A stretch of DNA of 17,231 bases, from contig JBEKYR010000068.1 of NCBI GenBank assembly GCA_049510745.1, positions 1 through 17,231 of the forward strand, given 5' to 3'. Positions 7,988-16,746 of this stretch are shown piece by piece (position 1 is the stretch's first letter; every line of letters starts with the position of its first letter). The notes beneath the pieces were generated by a model that saw only the letters and a program-made list of their open reading frames with translations, was not told the origin of the DNA and made no database searches. A program made the position numbers and the translations under genes. The stretch is from Verrucomicrobiota bacterium. GTDB lineage: Bacteria > Verrucomicrobiota > Verrucomicrobiia > Limisphaerales > Palsa-1400.

Positions 7988-10354
7988 ATGAACGCTCCGA
8001 AATCGATGGGCAGCGCCTGGCTTTCCCTGCTGCTGTGCGGGTCGTTGGCGGCGGCCGCCCAGGCCCGCCAACTGGATCTGGCCAAGCTCCGCCAGATCGA
8101 TGCCGCCGTCAATGAGGCGATCGACGACGGGCAGTTGCCGGGCGCGGTCGTCTGGGTCGAGCATGGCTCGAACACCTATTGGAAGGCCTACGGCCACCGG
8201 GCGCTGGTCCCGGCGGAGGAAGAAATGACGCGCGACACGATCTTTGATGCCGCCTCGGTGACCAAGGTCCTCGCCACTACCTCCGCCATCATGCTGCTGA
8301 TGGAACGCGGCCAGGTCAAATTGGATGAGCCGGTCCACACTTACGTTTCCGAATTTACCGGCGGCGGGAAGGACGCTATCACGGTGCGGCAATTGCTCAC
8401 CCACACCTCCGGCCTGCCGGAGGACGTGAGCACCCATCCGAAATGGCAGGGGACCGAAACGGCCGTTCGCATGGCCGCCGCCATCAACCTCAAGGCGCCG
8501 CCGGGCACGGAGTTTCGCTACAGCGACATCAATTTCTTCCTTTTGGGGGAAATTGTCGCGCGCGTCAGCGGCTCCTCCCTCAACGACTTTTGCGCCCGCG
8601 AGATTTTCGGCCCGCTGAAAATGACGGACACCGGCTTTCTGCCGGCCGCCTCCAAAATGGCGCGGATCGCGCCGACGGAAATGACCGAGGGCGCCGTGCT
8701 GCGCGGCACGGTGCATGACCCGACGGCCCGTTACATGGGCGGGGTGGCCGGGCACGCGGGCGTTTTTACGACCGCGGCGGACATGGCCCGTTTTGCCCGC
8801 ATGATGCTCAATCTGGGCGAACTGGACGGCGCGCGCATTTTCAAGCCGGAGACAGTCAAGATGATGACCAGCGTGCAGACCCCGCCCGGCCTGGAGGCCC
8901 GGCGCGGTTTCGGCTGGGACATCGATTCGGGTTACAGCCGTCCGCGCGGCGCCCTTTTCCCGCGCGGTTCCTACGGCCACACCGGTTTTACGGGCAACGC
9001 CTTCTGGATCGATCCCTACTCGAAGACGTTTTTCATTTTCCTTTCCAACCGCGTCCATCCCTACGGCAAGGGCAACGTTCTCCCGCTCTACAGCACGGTC
9101 GGCACGCTGGCGGCGGAGGCGGTGACCGATTTTGATTTCAACTTTGTCCCGGATGAACTGCCGCCGTTTCCACGCAGGCCGGCCCGGCCGCCCGAAGCGT
9201 CCGGGGAGGCCGGCAAATTGGCGCCGCGCGTTCTCAACGGCATCGACGTATTGGTCAAGGAGAAATTTGCGCCGTTGCAAGGATTGCGCATCGGCTTGAT
9301 CACCAACCCCACCGGCAAGGATGGCCGGCGCTATCCGACCATCGACCTGCTCTACAACGCGCCCGGCGTCGAACTGAAAGCGCTCTTCGGACCCGAACAC
9401 GGGTTTTACGGCAATGTGGACGAGCCGGTCGATGACGGGGTGGATGAGCACACCGGATTGCCGATTTACAGCCTGTACGGCGCCCGCCGCGCTCCCACCC
9501 GCGAGCAATTGAAGGAATTGGACGCGCTGGTCTTCGACATCCAGGACGTCGGCTGCCGGTTTTACACCTACACCTCGACCCTTGGCCTGGCCATGGACGC
9601 GGCCAACAAGGCGGGGTTGAAATTCTTTGTGCTGGACCGCGTCAATCCCATCAACGGCATCGCCCTCGACGGCCCCGTCCTCAACGGCAAGACCAGCTTC
9701 GTCGCCTATCACCCCGAGCCGGTCCGTTACGGGATGACGGAAGGCGAACTGGCGCAGATGTACAAGGCGGAGCGGCACTTCGACAACCTAGACTTGACAG
9801 TGATTCAGTTGCAGGGCTGGGAGCGGAAATTCTGGTTCGATGAAACCGGCCTGCCGTGGATCAACCCCTCCCCCAACATGCGCAGCCTGGCCGGGGCCAT
9901 GCTCTATCCGGGAGTCGGTTTGCTGGAAAGCTGCCAGGTCTCGGTCGGACGCGGCACGGGCACGCCCTTTGAAGTCATCGGCGCGCCCTACATCGAGGAA
10001 GTCCGCTTGGCCGCCGCCCTGAACCAGGAGGGCCTGCCGGGCGTGCGCTTTGTCCCCGTTCGTTTCACGCCGTCGGCTGACCTTTTCAAGAACGAGTCGT
10101 GCGGCGGGGTCAACATCATTTTAACAGACCGCGAGGCCTGCCGGGTGGTGGACATTGCGGTGACGGCGGCGAAGGTGTTGAACCGCTGGTACGGCCCGCG
10201 GTTCAAGGTCGAGAAAATGGCCCGCTTGCTGGCCGATCCGGCCACGCTCGAGGCCATCGAGCAGGACAAACCGCTGGCGGAAATCCGCGCGCTCTGGACG
10301 GCGCCATTGGAGCAATTCAAGGCGCGCCGGGCCAAGTATCTGTTGTATCCCTGA
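7988..10354 (+). CDS. Secreted fusion of a beta-lactamase-family serine hydrolase and exo-beta-N-acetylmuramidase NamZ (DUF1343)
   Basis: Signal peptide; ASVTK (SxxK), LLTHTSGL, YSD, GHTG; then GLITNPTG, LFGPEHG, FDIQDVGCRFYTY, VLDRVNP, PSPNM, GRGT. Confidence 0.93.
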   Translation: MNAPKSMGSAWLSLLLCGSLAAAAQARQLDLAKLRQIDAAVNEAIDDGQLPGAVVWVEHGSNTYWKAYGHRALVPAEEEMTRDTIFDAASVTKVLATTSAIMLLMERGQVKLDEPVHTYVSEFTGGGKDAITVRQLLTHTSGLPEDVSTHPKWQGTETAVRMAAAINLKAPPGTEFRYSDINFFLLGEIVARVSGSSLNDFCAREIFGPLKMTDTGFLPAASKMARIAPTEMTEGAVLRGTVHDPTARYMGGVAGHAGVFTTAADMARFARMMLNLGELDGARIFKPETVKMMTSVQTPPGLEARRGFGWDIDSGYSRPRGALFPRGSYGHTGFTGNAFWIDPYSKTFFIFLSNRVHPYGKGNVLPLYSTVGTLAAEAVTDFDFNFVPDELPPFPRRPARPPEASGEAGKLAPRVLNGIDVLVKEKFAPLQGLRIGLITNPTGKDGRRYPTIDLLYNAPGVELKALFGPEHGFYGNVDEPVDDGVDEHTGLPIYSLYGARRAPTREQLKELDALVFDIQDVGCRFYTYTSTLGLAMDAANKAGLKFFVLDRVNPINGIALDGPVLNGKTSFVAYHPEPVRYGMTEGELAQMYKAERHFDNLDLTVIQLQGWERKFWFDETGLPWINPSPNMRSLAGAMLYPGVGLLESCQVSVGRGTGTPFEVIGAPYIEEVRLAAALNQEGLPGVRFVPVRFTPSADLFKNESCGGVNIILTDREACRVVDIAVTAAKVLNRWYGPRFKVEKMARLLADPATLEAIEQDKPLAEIRALWTAPLEQFKARRAKYLLYP

Positions 10355-10488
10355 CTTTGAAAGGGTTGTCCGCAAGATTGGCGTCCCGGAACCGTAGAGG
10401 TTAACGGAAAGGGGAGAAATGGTGGCGCGCGGCGCGGGGTAGAGAATTTGAACGCGGTGCGGGCTGGCTTTCTCCAAAGAGCAAGGAC

Positions 10489-11664
10489 ATGAAAACAGAC
10501 GATTTGTCAGACCAGCGGTTGAAAATCCTCATTGTGTTGGCCAGTGTGATCATTGGGTGGCACTGCTTCCAGGGCGCCAGCGTCATGCAGGCGCAAGCCT
10601 CTTCCGCCAGCCTCCCGCCGAACGTGCAGGAGATCGTCAGATTATCCAAAGCCCACCTGAGCGACGACGTGATCCTGGCTTACATCAAGAATTCCGGGGT
10701 TTCCTACAGCCTGAGTGCCGACGCCGTTCTGTACCTCAGCGGCCAGGGCGTTTCGCAACCGGTCATTAGCGCGTTGCTCCAAGCCAAGCCGGCAACGGCC
10801 CCCGTGGTCAATACCCCGCCTCCTGCGCCGCAGGTTCCAACGCCTTCACCGGCTCCAGCCCCGGCCCTGCAGCCCGCCACGCCCGCGCCCATTTTGGACG
10901 AGAGTTCCGCCGGACCGCTGCCCGGATCGGAAGTGACGCTTCCCTATTTTCAGACCCAACTGGCGCCTTACGGCACATGGGTTGATATTCCGGGCTACGG
11001 TCTTTGCTGGAGGCCCACTATCGCGGCCCAGATGCCGGGTTGGCGGCCTTATTTCGACTCTGGTCATTGGGACTATACAGACGACGGCTGGTATTGGAGA
11101 TCGGACTATCCCTGGGGCGAGTATGTCTTTCATTATGGCCGCTGGCTGAGGGAGGGGCGTTACGGCTGGGTCTGGAGGCCGGGCTATCATTGGGGGCCGG
11201 CCTGGGTCTGCTGGCGCAACTGCGACGCCGAGGGGTATTGCGGCTGGGCGCCGCTGCCGCCGGGCGCCCGCTTTGAACTGGGCGTGGGCCTGACCTGGAA
11301 CGGACGCGTGGCGGTGGACGCGGATTTCGGCCTGGCCCCCGACATGTTTGTGTTTGTCGGATTTGATCACTTTTGGGCGCGCGATTACCGCGCGTTTGCC
11401 GCGCCGCCGTGGCGTGTGTCCGCGCTCTTTGGCCGCAGCGTTTTGGCGAACCATAATCGCTTTGCCAGCGGTCATTTTATCGTCGAAGGCATCGGCCGCG
11501 AACGGATGGCCGCGCTGACCCACCATGAGGTGGCGGTGGGCAGGATCGAGTTCCACGACGACCGCATTGCGCACCAACGCGAACTGCAACACGCCCGCGG
11601 CTTCGAAATCGAACGCGGCCGAAGCGACGGAGGACGCGACGTCCGCGACCGCCGCGGCTTTTGA
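10489..11664 (+). CDS. DUF6600-like exported protein with Pro-rich linker
   Basis: N-terminal hydrophobic segment, helical domain (EIVRLSKAHLSDDVILAYIK), Pro/Ala linker, then LAPYGTW, WRPY, FHYGRW, WGPAWV, GWAPLPP. Confidence 0.8.
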   Translation: MKTDDLSDQRLKILIVLASVIIGWHCFQGASVMQAQASSASLPPNVQEIVRLSKAHLSDDVILAYIKNSGVSYSLSADAVLYLSGQGVSQPVISALLQAKPATAPVVNTPPPAPQVPTPSPAPAPALQPATPAPILDESSAGPLPGSEVTLPYFQTQLAPYGTWVDIPGYGLCWRPTIAAQMPGWRPYFDSGHWDYTDDGWYWRSDYPWGEYVFHYGRWLREGRYGWVWRPGYHWGPAWVCWRNCDAEGYCGWAPLPPGARFELGVGLTWNGRVAVDADFGLAPDMFVFVGFDHFWARDYRAFAAPPWRVSALFGRSVLANHNRFASGHFIVEGIGRERMAALTHHEVAVGRIEFHDDRIAHQRELQHARGFEIERGRSDGGRDVRDRRGF

Positions 11665-11688
11665 TGATAAACGAGCGATGACGTCCAG

Positions 11689-12699
11689 TCATGCTCCCTT
11701 GACGTATCCGTTCTTCCGGAACCAGTCCACCGCGTCGGCCAAGGCCTGGCGGGGCGGGGTTTGGGGCAGGCCCAGTTCCCGAATCGCCTTGGCCGGATTG
11801 AAAAACATTTTGTGCCTGGCCATGCGCACTCCCGCCAGCGGCGCCTTGGGCGGCCGGCCCGAAATGGCGGAAACCGCTTCATTGCCATAGGCCGCCAGAA
11901 GCGCCACGGCGTAAGGCACGCGAAACTTCGGCGCCGGCACGCCCGTCAACTCCTCCAGAACCTCCAACGTCTGCCGCATCGTCCAATTCCCCTCCGCGTG
12001 GCCCAAAATATACCGCTCCCCCAGCCTTCCCTTCTCCGCCGCCAGAATCTCCCCCGCGGCCACGTCGCGCACATGCACCCAGTTCAGGCCCGTGTCCAAA
12101 TACGCCGGCATTTTCCGGTTCAGAAAATCGACCACAATTTTCCCCGTCGGCGTCGGCTTCACATCAAACGGCCCGACCGGCGCGCTCGGGTTGACGATGA
12201 CGACCGGCAATCCTTTGGCGGCCAGCTCCCGCGCCACCTCCTCGGCCTGCCACTTGGACCGCTTGTAGTGATTGCTCATCCGCGCCCCGCTGACGGGAGT
12301 CGATTCATCCGTTGGCACAAGCCGCCCGCGGCTCTCGCGCGGCAAACCGATGCACCCCACCGTGCTCGTATAAACAATGCGCCGGCAACCCGCGGCCCCG
12401 GCCGCTTCCAGGACGTTGCGCGTGCCTTGGACGTTGGCGGCGTACATCGGCCGATAATCGCGCAACCAAAGGTGGTAACTTGCGGCGACGTGAAAACACC
12501 AGTCGCAGCCGCGCATGGCCTCCTCCAGGAACGCGCGCTGCGACACGTCGCCCTGCACCCGCTGGCACTCCACGCCGGCCAGTCCGCGCACATCGGCGCC
12601 GGCCCGCACCAGGGCCTTGACGCGATGACCGGCCGCCGCGAGTTGGCGGACCAAGTTGGCCCCGATAAACCCCGAGGCCCCTGTGACGAAGCAATTCAT
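11689..12699 (-). CDS. hpnA: Hopanoid-associated NAD-dependent sugar epimerase/dehydratase
   Basis: VTGASGFIG, FHVAASY, YKRSK (YxxxK), DVKPTPTG, MPAYLDTGLN. Confidence 0.85.
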   Translation of the reverse strand: MNCFVTGASGFIGANLVRQLAAAGHRVKALVRAGADVRGLAGVECQRVQGDVSQRAFLEEAMRGCDWCFHVAASYHLWLRDYRPMYAANVQGTRNVLEAAGAAGCRRIVYTSTVGCIGLPRESRGRLVPTDESTPVSGARMSNHYKRSKWQAEEVARELAAKGLPVVIVNPSAPVGPFDVKPTPTGKIVVDFLNRKMPAYLDTGLNWVHVRDVAAGEILAAEKGRLGERYILGHAEGNWTMRQTLEVLEELTGVPAPKFRVPYAVALLAAYGNEAVSAISGRPPKAPLAGVRMARHKMFFNPAKAIRELGLPQTPPRQALADAVDWFRKNGYVKGA

Positions 12700-12811
12700 T
12701 CGTTGCTCAGATTGCTTTAAACAAGACAGCAGGGACGCATCTTCCAAGCAAAATGTTGCAAAAACTTTCAGCCGCGCGCAAATTCATGGCGAACAGGTCA
12801 ATGAGTTTGCC

Positions 12812-13240
12812 ATGCCAAAAAACGCCCACAGCCCGAGAAAACGACTGACGCGGCAGGAACTGCGCGATCTGGATTTGGAGATTCTCTTCCTGGAAGGCAT
12901 CGCGCGCCGCGACCCCGCCTTCGTCGATGCCCTCAAAATCCTGGGCGACAACTACACGCGCCGGGGCCGCTATGAGGAAGGTTTGCGGATCGACGAACGC
13001 CTGGCGCAACTGTGTCCGGACGACTCCGTCGTCCACTACAATCTGGCTTGCAGCTACTCGCTGACCCACCAGTTGGAATGGGCGATCGAAGCCCTCGAAA
13101 GCGCCATCAATCTGGGCTACCGGAACTTCAAACACATGTCCCAGGATCCCGACCTCAAGAACCTCCGCGAACACGCCGACTATGAGAGAATTCGAGCCAA
13201 GGTGCGCCGGATGAAAGTCAAACAAGTCAAAACGGACTGA
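12812..13240 (+). CDS. Small TPR-repeat protein
   Basis: ALKILGDNYTRRGRYEEGL, VHYNLACSYSL, AINLGY, DPDLKNLR. Confidence 0.85.
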   Translation: MPKNAHSPRKRLTRQELRDLDLEILFLEGIARRDPAFVDALKILGDNYTRRGRYEEGLRIDERLAQLCPDDSVVHYNLACSYSLTHQLEWAIEALESAINLGYRNFKHMSQDPDLKNLREHADYERIRAKVRRMKVKQVKTD

Positions 13241-13282
13241 AGTGTCCGTGGCGGGCCGCAGTTCCCGCCCAAGCGCTGTTCC

Positions 13283-14437
13283 ATGAACGTCACCCTCCAC
13301 GGACGCACCGCCCATTACCGGACCGTCACGTTCGACCGCCGGCGGAATTCCGTCCTTTTGATTGACCAGCGGCGGCTGCCCCATCGCTTCAGCGTCGCGT
13401 CCATGCCGGATTTTCGCGCCACGGCGGAGGCCATTCAACAAATGGTCGTCCGGGGAGCGGGCGCCATCGGCGCCACTGCCGCGTATGGGTTGGCGCAGGG
13501 CGCCCGGGCCTTTCGCGGGCGGGATTTGCGAAAATTCTCGCTCCATGTCCAAACCGTTTTTCGAACGCTTCAATCCGCCCGCCCTACCGCCGTCGATCCG
13601 GTCAACGCCATGAAAGCCGTCTGCCGGGCGATGGGCGCCGGGGTCACTGTGGAGGAACAACAGGCCCTGGCCCTGGCCGCCGCCGAGGAATTCGCCGACA
13701 ACGATGTCCGCCACTGCCAGGCCATCGGCCGCCACGGCGTCAAACTCATCCGCCGCCACAGCCGCATCCTGACCCATTGCAACGCCGGCTGGCTGGCGTT
13801 TGTCGATGTCGGCACCGCCACCGCGCCCCTCTACGCCGCGCAAGCAGCGGGCCGGCCCTTCCATGTTTATTGCGACGAAACCCGGCCCCGCTGCCAGGGC
13901 GCCACCCTGACCGCCTGGGAACTGTCCCAGCAAAACATTTCCCACGAAATCATCGCCGACAACGCCGCCGGCCACCTGATGCAGCGGGGCGAGATCGACC
14001 TGGTGATCGTCGGCAGCGACCGGACCCTGGGCCGGACGGGAGAAGTCGCCAATAAAATCGGCACGTACACCAAGGCGGTCCTGGCCGCGCGGCACGGCAT
14101 CCCCTTCTACGTGGCCATTCCGCTTTCGACGATCGACTGGACCTTGCGCCGCGGATTTGACATTCCGATCGAAGAGCGGAGCGAGAGCGAAGTGTTGGGC
14201 GCCTGGGGCGTGGCCGGGCCGGCGGACGGGAGCCGAAAACGCAAACCGGGGGAGAGCATCTACGTGCGCATCGCCAACCCCGCCAGTTCCGCGCGCAATC
14301 CGGGCTTCGACGTCACCCCGCCGGAGTTAATCACCGGCATCATCACGCCCGTTGGCCTGCTGAAGCCCAAGGAACTATGGAGAGAGCGGCATTGCTTGGG
14401 ATATGGCGCGGCGGATGAAGCACTTCGCCGGGAGTGA
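13283..14437 (+). CDS. mtnA: S-methyl-5-thioribose-1-phosphate isomerase
   Basis: IDQRRLP, MVVRGAGAIG, ARPTAV, LTHCNAG, DETRP, ANKIGTY, NPGFDVTP. Confidence 0.95.
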   Translation: MNVTLHGRTAHYRTVTFDRRRNSVLLIDQRRLPHRFSVASMPDFRATAEAIQQMVVRGAGAIGATAAYGLAQGARAFRGRDLRKFSLHVQTVFRTLQSARPTAVDPVNAMKAVCRAMGAGVTVEEQQALALAAAEEFADNDVRHCQAIGRHGVKLIRRHSRILTHCNAGWLAFVDVGTATAPLYAAQAAGRPFHVYCDETRPRCQGATLTAWELSQQNISHEIIADNAAGHLMQRGEIDLVIVGSDRTLGRTGEVANKIGTYTKAVLAARHGIPFYVAIPLSTIDWTLRRGFDIPIEERSESEVLGAWGVAGPADGSRKRKPGESIYVRIANPASSARNPGFDVTPPELITGIITPVGLLKPKELWRERHCLGYGAADEALRRE

Positions 14438-14505
14438 GTCTGACGGGAAGAGACGGAGGCGAGAAAAACAGCCGGGCGAAAGACTGACAAGGCGAAAAAC
14501 TGAAC

Positions 14506-14533
14506 TTGCGTTGAGGACAGTATTGGATAAGCT
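14506..14533 (+). promoter_or_regulatory. Putative tRNA promoter
   Basis: TTGCGT-N16-TAAGCT, 10 nt before the tRNA. Confidence 0.4.
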
Positions 14534-14543
14534 CTTGGAGGAA

Positions 14544-14618
14544 GGCGGGGTATCCAAGTGGTAAGGCACGGCTCTGCAAAAGCTGCATTCGTCGGTTCGA
14601 TTTCGACCCTCGCCTCCA
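14544..14618 (+). tRNA. tRNA-Cys (GCA) with encoded CCA
   Basis: Acceptor stem GGCGGGG/CCTCGCC, anticodon arm CGGCT-CTGCAAA-AGCTG, T arm GTCGG-TTCGATT-TCGAC, U73 discriminator, CCA. Confidence 0.93.
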
Positions 14619-14623
14619 TTTTC

Positions 14624-14648
14624 AAGTCATTGATTATCAATGGCTTTT
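14624..14648 (+). terminator. Inverted repeat after the tRNA (terminator and/or att-associated site)
   Basis: AAGTCATTGAT-t-ATCAATGGCTT (one G-U) followed by a T run. Confidence 0.55.
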
Positions 14649-14782
14649 TGGGAGTCGGGAGTCAGAGTTTCACCGGAATCTTCACCTGAATTAAGGCTCG
14701 TCCAGAATTCGCTTTCTGCTCGGTTATAGCCTTTCGACTGCTCGCTTACGCGAAAGTCGCCGATGGCCTCACACTCATAAAC

Positions 14783-15895
14783 ATGAGTGAAGCAATGAAA
14801 CAAGCATTCGGTCTGGTCCGGCGTCCCTGGGGCGTCTTCTACCTGAAAAACAAAACCACTGGCGAACAAAAGAGCCTCAAGACAAGCGACAAGTTTGAGG
14901 CGCAACGCATCCTCCAGGCGCACAACGAAACCAAGGTTCAACCGCATTTCAACTTGTCGCTGGCGCGGGTGTATCTCAACGGGGCTGATCCCAAACTGGC
15001 CACCCGGACTTGGCAAGAGGTCATGGAGAACATCGTCGCCAAGAAAACGGATGAAACACGGCGGCGCTGGGATGTGGCGATCAAGGACAGAAATCTCGAC
15101 TGCATCCGCAACCTGGCTGTTGCTGAGACGCGGCCAGAGCATTTCGACCGGGCACTTGCCGATGGCAAGGTGTCCACCAACGTTTATCTGCGGCGCATAC
15201 ACAATCATGCGTTGGGCATGGAATGGCTGCTTAAATCGGTCATTCCGCGCCTGCAATGGCCCAAGCCGGTGTTCAAGGCCAAGCGGGCAATCACGGCGGA
15301 AGAACATGCCGCGATTGTGGCGCGGGAAGTGAACACGGAGCGGCGGGATTTTTACGAATTGCTGTGGCATACCGGCGCGTCGCAAACAGACGCGGCCTGT
15401 TTGCTCGCGGAAGATGTGGACTGGAATAGCCACACGATCAGTTACTCGCGGGCAAAATTGAAGTCGCGCGGGGGAATTGGCATCAAGCCGGCGCTGATTC
15501 GTTTCGGGGCGGAAATCGAAGCCATTTTGAGGCGGCGTCCGGCGATGGGGCCGCTCTTTCCTTACCTGCGCACGGTCCGCGCTGGCGACCGGGCCACCGA
15601 ATTCAAGCAACGGTGCGAGGGGCTGCGGATTTCGGGCGTGTCGCTGCACTCGTATCGCTACGCGTGGGCGGAACGGGCTTTGAAGTGCGGCTACCCGGAG
15701 CGGTTCGCACAACAGGCGTTGGGGCACAATTCCAAGGCGGTGCATCATGCCTACTCAAAACACGCCGAAGTTACGGTGCCGTCGCTTGATGATTGGGAAA
15801 AGGAATGGGGGAAGAATTCGCAACGCAGTGAGCAACCGAAGTTGGTGCCGGTGGATTTCCGGCCGCCGTTGGCTGCTGTCGCGCAATCGAATTAA
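14783..15895 (+). CDS. Tyrosine recombinase / integrase
   Basis: LLWHTGASQTD (box I), SLHSYRY (HxxR), LGH and HHAY (Tyr); adjacent to a tRNA. Confidence 0.92.
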   Translation: MSEAMKQAFGLVRRPWGVFYLKNKTTGEQKSLKTSDKFEAQRILQAHNETKVQPHFNLSLARVYLNGADPKLATRTWQEVMENIVAKKTDETRRRWDVAIKDRNLDCIRNLAVAETRPEHFDRALADGKVSTNVYLRRIHNHALGMEWLLKSVIPRLQWPKPVFKAKRAITAEEHAAIVAREVNTERRDFYELLWHTGASQTDAACLLAEDVDWNSHTISYSRAKLKSRGGIGIKPALIRFGAEIEAILRRRPAMGPLFPYLRTVRAGDRATEFKQRCEGLRISGVSLHSYRYAWAERALKCGYPERFAQQALGHNSKAVHHAYSKHAEVTVPSLDDWEKEWGKNSQRSEQPKLVPVDFRPPLAAVAQSN

Positions 15896-15930
15896 CCCGG
15901 CGCGATGGAACGTCTGAACACGACTGGAGT

Positions 15931-16110
15931 CCTTTCCACGCTTGGAAAGGCGGCGCGTAGCGGAAAGGCCAGCGCGAGCGAACATGGAGTCCATGAGGGC
16001 TTGCCCTTTGGCGCGGGTCTGGGCTGGCGTGAAGCCCAGCGCCGGGGGTTTGGGGACGGCGCAAGTCCCCAACGGTAAAAAAGCGGCTGAACCGTTGCCA
16101 GTCCAGCCGC
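15931..16110. other. Hairpin-dense non-coding spacer
   Basis: Six inverted repeats within 180 nt (listed in findings). Confidence 0.65.
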
Positions 16111-16128
16111 CTAAGCGTTGCGGGGCGG

Positions 16129-16530
16129 TCAATCCCCGTTTGGTGTCGTCACTGTGATGGCCGGTTGCGGGTCGTCTACGTCCAGAGCGCCGCAAGTGGC
16201 GATGAGTTTCACCAGCCGGGGGCGCCGGTTGTCGTTTCGCACGTAAAGCGCAAACGGTAAGCGGGCTTTGCCGGGCTGCGCTTTGCGGATGGCAAAGCGG
16301 AGCATCCAGACAACATCCCAAAGCCGTCCGGCTTCGTCCTGGCCGGCCACGTCGGGAGGCACGGTCACGTAAGCGTCATAAACGGCGCGGGTGAGAAAGA
16401 CCGGAAAGCGGATTCCCGCTTCCTGTGCGGTCTTGGTCACTTCAACTTGAAAGCCGTCGGCGATGGCATGGGCGCGGGTGTAGGTATAAACAATCTCGCC
16501 AAAGGGCGATTCGTTGTTTTTCGTGTTCAT
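16129..16530 (-). CDS. DUF6573-like protein (alternative start 16554)
   Basis: YTYTRAHAIADG, AQEAGIRFPVFLT, GQDEAGRLWDVVWM, PAITV. Confidence 0.8.
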   Translation of the reverse strand: MNTKNNESPFGEIVYTYTRAHAIADGFQVEVTKTAQEAGIRFPVFLTRAVYDAYVTVPPDVAGQDEAGRLWDVVWMLRFAIRKAQPGKARLPFALYVRNDNRRPRLVKLIATCGALDVDDPQPAITVTTPNGD

Positions 16531-16534
16531 GGTA

Positions 16535-16732
16535 TCAGTGTTTTCGGGGTTCATTCGGGGTGAACAGAGCCGCTTGCGCTGCCTCGGCAAGCTGGCGGGC
16601 CTGCTCGGCTTCGTCGCGTTCGCGGGCAAGTCGTTCTCTGTCCAGCCCGGTTTCCTGCATCAGAGTGAACGTGGCGCGAACAAAGCCAAACTCGTGTTGC
16701 GGTATCGGCAAGCGGCGTCTGTTTCGTTTCAT
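16535..16732 (-). CDS. Small hypothetical protein (65 aa) with helical C-terminus
   Basis: ATG at 16732, 14 nt after the upstream stop; packed co-directionally between two genes. Confidence 0.6.
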   Translation of the reverse strand: MKRNRRRLPIPQHEFGFVRATFTLMQETGLDRERLARERDEAEQARQLAEAAQAALFTPNEPRKH

Positions 16733-16746
16733 GGGTTGTTCTCCGT

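Noticed and set aside
7988..9150. Antibiotic-resistance beta-lactamase
   Set aside because: The SxxK fold is shared by many hydrolases, and fusion to NamZ points to cell-wall recycling.
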